DNA from: the human T2T-CHM13v2.0 reference genome, Homo sapiens
Length of the DNA stretch: 64,000 nucleotides
Reading direction: 5' to 3' (one strand)
Assembly (NCBI RefSeq): GCF_009914755.1
Contig: NC_060931.1
Positions 1 through 11,300 of this stretch are shown here, in pieces. The translations under genes and the position numbers were made by a program. Numbering within the stretch: the stretch's first letter is position 1; every line of letters starts with the position of its first letter. The notes under the pieces are model-generated. The model worked only from the letters and a program-made list of their open reading frames with translations, was not told where the DNA came from and searched no databases.

Positions 1-1040
1 CCCCTTTTAAACCTGTTGCTTCACATGCACTTCCCATCTTGTGTGATGGCATCATCAAGCTCTCAACACAGAAACACAGGCATTATTTATGACTCTTACC
101 TGTATTTGGTGTCCCACATCTGATAACTGGGTCCCTATAAGTTTTATCTCTAAGACTTCCACCCTATAGTCCATCAAGTGCTTCATCCTCATCTTGATAA
201 TAGTAATATCTTCCCTAATTATTTATCTAGTCTCAGCTTTGTCCTATAAAATCCATTTCCAAGTTTATGTAGAGTGATCCATCCAAAACAGAAATCTGTT
301 GTGATTGCTCACCTGGTCTGAGTCTCATTACTTACAGAATAAATCCAAGTTTCTTAACTGAACACTCAGGTTCATGCATGATCTGACCCTTATCCATGTA
401 ATCTCATTCATTCATTTTATCCTCAAATATTTCTTGATTGCTGAGATATGATAGTCATTGGGAATATAGGCAGATGTTGTTCCCTGCCTTCCCTGACTTT
501 GGGAGCTTACAGTCTAGCAAGGAAGATAGACACTAAGCAAATGATTACCCTCGTGATGAGTGTAACAGGGAAGTACAGTATACTAGCTTCTTCTGTCATC
601 AGCACTTGCCTTGACCATTCCCTCTCTTATTCTCTTATTATTACTGCACTGCTTACAGTTCTTCACATAGACCAGGCTGTTTCTTGCCTCTAGGCCTTTG
701 CCCAAGCAGTTCTCTCTGCCTGAAATGCTTTCCTCACATTTCTTCACTTGGCTAACTCCTTCTTGTCCTTTGAAATTCAGCTCAGCTTCCTCCAGGAAGC
801 CTTCTTTGAATACCCTAGACTCAATTTGATGCCCTCATCTAAGCTTCCATAGTATGCTTTGTGTTCTTTCTTAATGGTGTACCATGTTGCATTTACTATC
901 TACTAGTATTATTTAGTTTATTGTATCTCTTTCTTTGACTAGACTGCAAGCTCTTAGAATATAAAGACTGAGTCATATTTAGTTCTTCTCTATCTTATGG
1001 CACATGAAATATAGTTAACAAGAGTTTATTAAACATAACT
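1..1040 (+). mobile_element. L2 fragments (with an opposite-orientation L2 piece at ~410-580)
   Basis: ggcctttgcccaagcagttctctctgcctgaaatgctttcc, actagactgcaagctc L2 3' motifs. Confidence 0.55.
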
Positions 1041-2254
1041 GAAATTTCTAATGAGATTTAAATTTCTCAAGGACTGGGCATGTTTTATAATTTTACTAAG
1101 TATACCCTCCTGGATCATTCACATGTTTTTTGTTTTGCATGACTATGCTTGTCATACTCGTTCCTCATATATTATAAATCTTACTTAATGTTAGCTCCTG
1201 GAATGCCCTTTCCTCTAAAGTTGGTGTGTTCCTTTTGCCCACCAAAACCCAATATGCTGTAAGAAATCTATTGGATGCTGCCAAAAGGAATTAATCACTC
1301 CTTCTTCTGTGGCGTCTCTGCATTTTTACACACTTCTACTATTGCATTTAGAACACAGTATTATAATTAGCTCTTTACATGCTTGGTCCACAGTATAATT
1401 ATAGTAGCATGATAAGGATTTCGATACAGGTGTAATGAGAGCATTGCAGAGGACCTGACCTGCCTGGAGAATGTCACTTTTGAGAAAATCAAAGCAGGGT
1501 GAAGGTTGCCTAGTTCAGCCTCTTCATGTTTTGATGAGGCAACTGAGGGCCTGAAAGTCTGAGTCAGTTTCCTCCTCTGTAAAATGTCTAGTTATCTGTG
1601 AACTGTGAGTCAGAAAATATGAATTATTTTACACATAATGAGAATCAAATTTTATGTAACCCCACCCTGTGACTCTCTAGTTTCTGAAGGACAAAGCATT
1701 TTGGTAGAGTTTCAGTGAAATGCAAGGAAAAATAGCTCCCAAAGTTATTTAAGTGCCTCTGGGAGATAAAAGAAACTTGGTTATTGAAAATACAGTAATT
1801 TATTTGCCTCCTATAGATGGTGTCTTTATTAAATATAAAGAGGGCAGGCAATTCAGCTCAGTACAATTCAAAAACCATGTATTGCCTGTGTTCTAAAGTG
1901 TGTGTGCTGGGATGAATGTGATGAGGCTCATTGATCCCCAAAGACTCAGAGGCTCAGAGAGCCTCTGTCATAAACCTAAGGTGGGATTCTGCTGGAGATT
2001 TTCCCAAGTGTGAAAACATTCTCCCATTTTATGCCCCATTGATGGCAAGCAGTTGAGCTGTCATCTTCCCCAAGAGCATATTCAAATGAGAAAATTCTTG
2101 GCCAAGAAACAACAAACAAGTAAATAAACTCTGCTGGGAGCTCAATAATACTTGAAACTAATGAAGTTCCCAAGGTAAGGCTGACAAGACACAGTTGTGT
2201 TTGCTCCTTTCCAGGATGCCATGCCCAGAGAAATTATTGGTGCATTGGAATAGA

Positions 2255-2445
2255 CCTTGGACTTGGAGCCAGAGATGTAGTTCAAGAATCAGCTCTGCCA
2301 TTCATTGGTTTGGTGACTTTAGGAAAGTCGTTCAACTCCCAGAGTTTTGGTTTCTCCATCTGTAAAGTGGGTATACTGGTTCTAGCTCACAGGGTTCTTG
2401 TGAAGATCAAAAGAAGTCATGGATGTGAAAGTTGAATAAACTTCA
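2255..2445 (+). mobile_element. MIR
   Basis: ggacttggagccag...ctctgcca...gtgactttaggaaagt...tttctccatctgtaaagtggg. Confidence 0.65.
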
Positions 2446-4644
2446 AGCTTAATATGGTAATCACGATAAACAGTGTATCTAGGAGATGAGAAGGAAGGGG
2501 AGTAACACTGTTAAATCCAAATGCTGTGTCTGATTTCTGTGTCGATGAGGAAGATAGTTTTGCTTTCCTACTGCTTTGTGAAACTAAAAGATCTATATTA
2601 ATGTATATTTGAACACAAACTTTAGAGGACTATGTAAGAATGATATAGGAATATACATGCTTATATATAGCAATGTAGAAGCAGAAAATAAGAACTTTTA
2701 AAAAATAAGTTTAAGTAAAATATAGGGAAATAGCCACCTATATGCTAAGTAATGTGTTGTCACTCAATTTTTATTATTTTGAGAACACCTTTTCATGTAC
2801 ATGCTCTAGTGCAATTGAAGGATCATGGGGACCTTGATGTCTGAGACTATATTGCAGTTTAACTGAAATTGTCTTATTAACATGGAAGTACACATCAGAA
2901 AACCAAGGAAAACTATATTTTAATAGGTATTTTAATTTTTTGCATAAAAGTCTATCAGTAGAATATACTCTTTAAAAATAATAAGTGTCAAGAATTTGAT
3001 TCTATTCCAAGTTAGAAGTGGTAATATAAAGTTAAAAACTAACACTAGCTACGATTCTGTTTAGTAATGAGAAAAGAACTTTAGGCTGGCTTTTAAAGAT
3101 TAATTTGTTAATTAGGTGAACATCTGGGTTTTGGTTCATCACTTCCCTTGGAAACCTTGATTAATTTATGAAACTTTCATCCTCATTTACTAAAAAAGCA
3201 TTGAGTCATCCGGTGTTACACACCAATGACAGCAAAAGTTAATTGGATTCTAGATCCTTTCACATTTCTGCTTTCAGCAATTCCTTGCCACTTTGAGTGG
3301 AACCATGCGCTAAGGGAGTCCATGTATTTTTGTGTGTGCGAGAGAGATAGAGAAATGAGAGGAATTACAAGTAATTGAAAAATGAGTTTGAGAAAATAAG
3401 AATATATATTTGTATTTTCTTTGGTTTATGGTGAGAAACTCTGGAGGTATACACAAAATAGCCAAACCAAACCCCAAAACTAACAAACACAGTTACCTCA
3501 GTGCGTGTTTTTTTAAAATAGAGTTTTGATTTGTGAACCATGTGAGTGTATTATTATCTTTTCAGAAAGGGCTGTTGAAGATTGTCTGTGGATTAAAGTG
3601 TTTCAGAGTTGGGTTTAGGAAGGGGAAGACAGAGATGTAGCTGCAGTTCATTGTAGTTAGTGTCTGGCCTCCAAATAAGAGATGCATTAGCAAAGAGAAC
3701 ACCCCCAAGGAAGGAGGGGGGCACAAGACTGAGAAAGAAAGGGAGAGGTGGATGGAGCTGGGGTGGATGGCTTACTTACTGACTTACTTTCTTCTGGCCC
3801 TGCAATTGGATTGCAACCTTTTTTTTGGCGCTGCTACTTACAAATTGCATTCAGCTTAGAAACCACTCTTAGGTATATACCTGTATATGGCATATGATCT
3901 TGGCCGTGTGAAACAATACTCACAGATGAAGGGGACTTCATCACACTGGTTCTTAATTTCTTTCTGCTTTTGCTTTGCCTCTCATTGTTCTTTCATCCTG
4001 TTTTCCTTATCAACTTTACTTTTTGGGCATATTTTATCTTGTGATATTATGCATTTATATGAGCTACCATGAATCTTTTCTGGAATTGGAAGGAGTATGA
4101 ATAAATATGTACATAACTAATCTGGGGAAATGCTAACAGAGGAGTAAGATTACAAGTGATTTTAATTGTTTTATGGTGAGTCTTCTGCATTTCCAAGTAC
4201 ACATATATTTTTACAAGGGGCATGAATTTCTTTTCTAATCAGATACAGTAGTTTTTTTGCTAAATGTAGAAGAAAATACTTGTGGTAGAACTGATGGACT
4301 TTTCCAACAGAACAATATATAAGGGTAGTAGAGAGAGAGGACCAGAAAGGAGTCATGGGACTAAAGTCTTAATTTTCTTTTCACCATGTGCTTCTGTGAA
4401 AATGCAGGAAGGGCAATGTACCTACATTGGCTTGCTTGAAACTTTTAGAAAAGAAATTCTATTTTTAAGATTTATTTTCTTCTATTTAAAATAATAGGCC
4501 ATGAGAGAGCAAGATCTTTATTTTTATAATTCCCTATAATCTAGACTTGATTGCACATTGGGAAATAAGGATTAAAAAACCAACGTCTACAATCTGATTT
4601 TTATGTAATATTTTTACTCTACAAGACAAAGAATTAAGACCACA

Positions 4645-5329
4645 TAAAAGCAAAAACAGAATAATTTATTTGAATCCATCTTTCCTTGAAAAAAATAAAA
4701 ATAAGACTTTAATAGTCATTTCCTTAAGTGTTCACAAGTCTTCTCAAAAATACTACTGGTGATTGAAAAAAAAGAGAAGGCATAGTTTTGTTTTTGTGAC
4801 AACCATCCTTATTACTTTGTTGTACAAATAACAAGATAGAAATTTGGAAATAAAATTGAAACATAAATTTAGCATTCTTAACACTAATAAAAATTTAATA
4901 AAACAAAGTCTGCTGAAAAATCGAACAATGTAAAGTTTCCACATTTGTAGGTGAGACAGGATAGTCTCAGTGTTGATGATAGTGAAAGTGTAGAGTAGAA
5001 CTAATTGAGGTTTGTAGAGATATTTCATACAAAACTTACGAGGAAACCCCTGTCACTTTCGTTCTCCCCGTCAGCATGAGAACGACTCTCCACTGAGGAA
5101 TATTTCCCCAACATGTTTTTCTGTTGCACAAGACATTGTGTATATGCTGAAAAACCTGCAGTTCAATTTGCATAAATGCCTCTATTCTGCATGTAAAGGA
5201 ATAATGAGTAAGAGGTGTTGGTCTTGGTTTCTTCACTGATTCCAGATTAATATACTTTTCCACTGTTTTTCCTTAAAATGTTTCTTCAGAATTTCACTCG
5301 AATGTACTGTTTAGCCCATGAAAGTTCAC
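4645..5329 (-). other. HEPACAM2: HEPACAM2 terminal exon 10: last base of Glu462, TGA (5326-5328) and ~0.68 kb 3' UTR
   Basis: Acceptor ctcttcactag|GTGA; 3' end inferred from AATAAA at 4665-4670. Confidence 0.85.
4665..4670 (-). terminator. HEPACAM2 polyadenylation signal AATAAA
   Basis: tttatt on plus strand. On the minus strand it is followed by a U/GU-rich tract (TTCTGTTTTTGCTTTTATGTGG). A variant ATTAAA lies at 4708-4713. Confidence 0.75.
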
Positions 5330-8300
5330 CTAGTGAAGAGATATACAAAATATGTAAACAGTTCTATAGATTTTTCAGGTCTGCAGGTAAAAGAACTTTA
5401 AATTCTTTTATTGCTTTCCAGGGCTACAGATTAGAAGAATGTTTGGAGCTAGCTCAAGAAAATTACATTTATCAACAAATAAATATAAGAGTCAGCAATT
5501 ATTAAATTTTGTAGATAATTTACTTTCGAAACTAAAGGTTTACTTAACTTGAATGTCCTGTTTTCAATATACTAACGTCAGTCTTGGGTTCAATATAAAC
5601 CCTACCAAGAGCATTTAATGAGGTCAATAGACAACATTGAAATACATCCAGCCATAAGTTCACTAAATAAATAATTGGGCTGAGTACTAGAATATGAACA
5701 CAAACCAATTTACCAGTTTGTTAAACAGCAGTCCAATTAGGTAATAGACACATGAAGTAAAGAAAATAACACTGTTATTTTACAACAGTCTAAGAGCCAA
5801 AGAATAAAATTGTTTGGCTGTCTTTCCTACTCAGAAGTGACTGCCAAATAAAAGAAAGCAGAGAAGTTAGGATTCTTTCCCCAGAGCTGGCACATTCAAG
5901 TTGGGAATAGATGGGAGAGAGTCACCAACCACCTATAATAATGCATTACTCATGAAGTTGATCTTTGAATTTAATTGGACCTAGAGGAGAATAAAACCAC
6001 AGATAATCAGGAAAGAAAAATGCTCTCTGCATCTATAGGTGGCATTTATTCTACTGAGAAATATTTATTTTACTAAGAATCACTAATCTTTAGTTAAAAT
6101 AAGTAAACAGCAGCCCACTATACTAGGAAATCTTTAAAAGATCGAGTCTTATTTAACGTCTTGCTCTAGCGCATAGTAAATGTCCTGGAAATGTTTGTGA
6201 AGTGATTATAAGTAAAATAAGTGCAAAATAGTTTCTGATAAAGAAAAAGGAAGCATTTCACTTATTTATTAAAAAAATTTAGAATTAGTAACATAAATCT
6301 GAATTCAAATAAAATAACACTTTAGAAAATATTGGCTCCCCGTTTAGATAATGCTGGAAGACAGACAGAGGAGGAAAATTTTAAGAAGGATATTACGGAT
6401 AAGGGAGACAGTTATGGAGAAGGAGAGGAAAAGAGAAGGGTAGACTCAGAAAATGAGGGATTCAAAGGATGAAGGTAAAAGAAGAGAGAGCCACTGGAAG
6501 ACAAAGATCTACATAGATGAACTGACAAACACAAAAAAGATTGAGAAGACAGAAGAAGAAGGTGAGAAGAGAGAGGCTGTGGGAGGTGGAGATGTCACTC
6601 AGTTTGGGCTGGTAGCATGAGCTGGGGTTTTGAAGATGACTGCCTTTTGGAGGACCATGTCCCAATAGCGGTTTTGAATACTTTTTAAATAGCAGTTTTG
6701 AATGCCTGAAAAAGAACATTTCTGCTTTGTTTTCAATTCTCAAATCTTATTTATGAAATAAACTTTTATATTCTTAAGAAAGTCAAAAGATGTTGCTAGT
6801 GTCTAAAAGTCATCTAGTTTCAAAGGGTGTTTTTTTTTTAAGAATCAGTTTTTTGACACGCAAAACAACCCAATCAGTTTATTTTGTGTTCTTAAATTGT
6901 AGCTGCCATATTCACAATTTTGACTTAAAATTTATTTCGTTCTTAATAACCTTAAAAGATAAACCCCAAGTTGTCATTTGGTTTGTTTACATTCTAATGT
7001 GAAAAATTGATAGTTAGAAGAAAGGATACATAGAAAAACAAATGAACTTAAATAGGATAGAAATTTTAATTAGATTAAATCTTAGAAAGGAGACATAATC
7101 TCAAAATTCTTTCAATGCCTTATATTTAACAGCAAACAAACTTCCCCTAGTTTTCTATTATAGACAGTAAAGAGAATTAGGTATCATTTTAGAGTTTTTA
7201 TTCTTAAAATATCATGTAATAATATCCTACTCTTGTGTTCTACTAGATTGATAATGCAATGCTTTACAACATTTTTTTTTCAAACTAGAAGTTCCTAACT
7301 CCAACAGTCTGTTCCTTATTTATGTGACTCTAGGTAAATTTTCTCTGATGAGGTTCTCTGAAGTATCTTGCCACTTATTTAGTCCTTAAATGACGCACAG
7401 TCCCCCCAGCACTAGGTTTCCTCACCATAAGATGATTTTTCCTGGATTTGTTCATTCCTAGCTGTTATTTTTGGTATTTACCCAGAAGTGTGCATGAATT
7501 ACTTTGCTGAAACTGTTTATTTTGCCAGAGGGCAAGTTTCTGTATGTGGTTATTGATGTTCTTTTCAAAGTCAATAAGTGACAAAGAAATGATGGAAGAT
7601 GATCTGTGGCAGTTATGACTGCAGGCAGCTATAGCCCACAAAAAAGAGAAGTTCATTTTATTATTTCAAAAGATTGTAGGCTTTATTTCTCCACGGCATG
7701 GAGGAAAGGGAGACTTCTTAGTGACAGCCTTGAGCTTAACTGGATAAATAGGTTCCCAGCTTTGTCCTCAGTACAGGTTTTGTCCTCTATGGGTGAGAGG
7801 CCAGTCCTCAATGGGGTTCCACTCAATTGGGAATAGGCTACTTTGAATAAGAGGATTGGCATTGGTGCTGACTGTGCTGTGGACCCTCTGTAGGCTTTTA
7901 TTTTACTGGTCCTATTTTTAGTGACAAATCATCCATAAAACTTCCATAGCCACTGGAAAATCACTAAGTAATCATTAAGATGGCTACAGAATTAGCCTGA
8001 ACATTCCTTTCATACCCAGATGTGGATTCCTTGGGGAAATATTGTGAGAAACTAATGTACACAAGAGAAAGTTGATTCTAGAGTTTTGTATCTAGTCCAC
8101 TGGCCCAAGTGCATGGCCCTCGAAGATATTTGTGTGTTTGCCTGTTTTGTTTCTCAAAATTATGCTCAGGTGGGGAAGTGTGTTCAAATGTACAGAAGCT
8201 ATAATTTCTTGTTTTGGTATTTTTCTTCTGTGCCTTTTAATCAGTTCTGGGGAAAGCAAAAGCTAAATGCTTAGCCTCTCCATAGCACCATCAAATGCAG

Positions 8301-11300
8301 ATTCGTACTTACTCTGGATGGTCTTGCTGCTGGGCAGGGATGTGCTGAATAACTTCATACACTGTACTGTGCAAATCTTGCCCCGATACACAATCAGAGG
8401 CTGGAACAGACCTGCTTGGGATCTAGAAAATGTGATACATTAAAAATAAATTATCTCAAGACTAGTAAATAGTTTTTCCACTATGTTGCATAGTTGAAAA
8501 CAACTGGCAGTAGTGATGATTAGAGAATTAGAACTATTTATCTTCCCTAGAAAGTTGACTTCCTCCTTGCTACACTTTTCTGCACTTACCCTATGGCAGT
8601 TTGTGCAGCAGCATAGCTATAAGGTCAGAAGAAGGATAGCTTGACAAAGCTATGGATTTTTTCTTCATTTAAGAAGAAAGCTGGCAGTACTGTAAAGGAA
8701 ATATTATAGAAAGAAAAAATAGCAAAAGAGAAGATATCAGGATATCTTAGAATCAGATAGCATATATCATTATCTTTTCTATACCTCAGTTACCCTTTTG
8801 ACACTATTTGCCAATTATGTGCGCAAGGGTGGCTTAAAAGAAAAGAACAATATACAGCCCAAATCCCTCATCATATTGCAAATAAGTAAAGACAGTACCA
8901 AGGAATGTGGAACACTCAAAGGAAAATGTTTTGGTTTAAATGTAGTAATGGACTGTAAAAACTAAATGCTTAGGTGAATGTGGAAAGGATAGTGTATTTA
9001 TGGCTGGTAAAAACCAACAGGTATTTTTATTGAAAGTGGTATTTGTGTTTTATTAATTCCCATTCCTTATATTTCATAACTTCCTTCTTCCTATAAACAC
9101 TCCCTCCCAATTATTTAGCCGAAGTCTAGTTTTCCTCCCCATCCCAAATGCTTCCTATTTTAATCCTACTTCTGTCCACTTTCAGTCCTTCATATTTATA
9201 CACCTTCACCTCGAGGGCTCTTTGCTCTTGATAACTCTGAAGAGTTCACTATCTCATGTTAATTTGACCTGCTAGGTTTTAGTGGAACATCTTAGCTTTT
9301 TGTTTTTCTAGAAACCACTAATTTCCATTCCACTTGCTATAGCTCTCACATGAAGCCTTAGTATATGTGATTTCTTCTGTCATTTTTGTGTCAAGGAAAT
9401 TTTGGTTTACGATCTATCCTTGAGATCAGCTCTTGATATTTGTTGTATGAAGGTATTCAGGAGCTACGGTAAAAGCAATCTATTGATGATCACTAACTTA
9501 CCTAACCTAATATTAGAGCTGTTAAATAATAAACTTGCTCACTTAATGCAATTGTTTTCTGTCTAACTCCTGAAAGAGGTGCTAAATGGACAATGAAATG
9601 TGCAATTGGTAGAGACAGAAGTAATCCATTTGTGTACATACCACACAATATGCCAAGAGATTATTTTGATTATCTTTTTTTGAGTCAGGGTCTCGCTATG
9701 TTACTCAGGTTGGTCTTGAACTCCTGGGTTCAAGTGATCCTCCTAACTCAGCTTCCTGAACAGCTGGGACTACAGGTGCACACCGTGGCACCTAGCTTAT
9801 TTTGATTTTTAAAAACTCAGAAAGTTAATAATTTAATTTATTTCCCTTCTCAAGTTCAGTTTTGAGATCTTGGTTTTATTATCACCTTTCCTTCTTTTCT
9901 AAAGGCCATTGCATTTGGCTGCTAATCTTCCATTACATAGCTACGTATACATAGCTGCCATTCTGGCTTCTCATGCAGATCCTCCTCCTCATGTCCCTGT
10001 CCTCATCCTCCTCCTTTGGTTGTTGGTCTTGATTTCTCACTTCTTCCCCAAAGCACCTGCAATGGCCAATTAAGAACCTCAGCAGATTCCTCAGGAGCTT
10101 GCAGCTTTGAAGATGGACATGGCTCCAAATCAAGTTATTCTGTTTCTGATAGAAATAAGCAGGGCTTCTACTATGTAATTAAAGCCCCTATTTCTCTGCT
10201 TAAGTTCTTCAGGGCTATAATATTTTGAGCCAATTGAGGTCCTCCCAGTAAAACTCCAAAATTGAGTAGTGATTAATCACATGGTAAGATTTAAAATTTC
10301 TTACATAAATCTCACTCCTTTCCAGTGAATTCCTAGGAATAAATGTTTGCATTATTTTAAATAAAAAAACTGAAACTCCTTATTCAAAAATTCAATTATA
10401 AGTCTTAGCTCTTCAGTTTCCTGCTCTCCAATTTGAAGCCACACCTCAGAGTGGTGCTTTCTACCATCGTGAGAAGCTGTTTGAAATAACTGATCCATCA
10501 AATATTTGTTTTTGTCTTTTGGTTGTGGAAGTGAAGGTGAGCCAATCCTGCCTGAGATTGAATAGGGTATTGCAAAGCCTTTGCACAGTAGTTCTTTGCT
10601 TCATCTGTGACTGTTACTGACTCACCCTTAGGGAGGATGAAATCCAATCAGTCCCTCTCCATTACTCACATGACATTTCTCAAATAAACTCTGTGGCGAG
10701 GAAGCTTACTAGATGAACCTTATACACTGATAGAATCCTCTGAACAAGAGAAGTCACGATTCCCTAATGGCAAATAGTCTTTTTAACAAATGGAAATGAG
10801 AATGCCTGGAAGCAAGTAATCTGTTTTTATGGTGCCCTTCCTCAAATGGACTCTCATAGCAGAATAAGGAAGCAGAGGAAAACTTGGTTCTATACAAATC
10901 TATAAAAATGTTAATAATCTGATTTGCTCACAGAAACATTCTGCATGTCTGTTAAGAAAAACTGATTACTTTAAAAGATCTTTTTTTTTTTTTTTTTCCG
11001 GACTGAAATGACTTCAACTATATGAAAGCTCCTTTGCCATCTCATGCACCTTTAGGGCAATAATAAAGATGTATACTTGCATACTTTGGGCCTATATGGT
11101 AACTTCCTTCTGAAGCATGAGGTATCTTCAAGGGTGTGATCAATTGTCTTTGCAATGTTGTCAAAAGATATGAGGGGGCAATAAAGGGAAAACTGAGGAA
11201 CAGAGAGAGTTTAGTAAAGTGATGGGTTGCAGTCACCCAAGTGATGCAGAATGACTTAAATTAGGGTCTCCTGATCCGCTGTTTATTCAGTATTTATTTA

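Noticed and set aside
1-4600. Possible gene or ncRNA downstream of HEPACAM2
   Set aside because: Only L2/MIR relics and short ORFs; no tRNA, snRNA or snoRNA pattern and no exon chain recognised
6028-6046. Weak CTCF-like sequences (tctataggtggca here; cctatagatggtg at ~1810)
   Set aside because: Several mismatches at core positions compared with the two accepted sites
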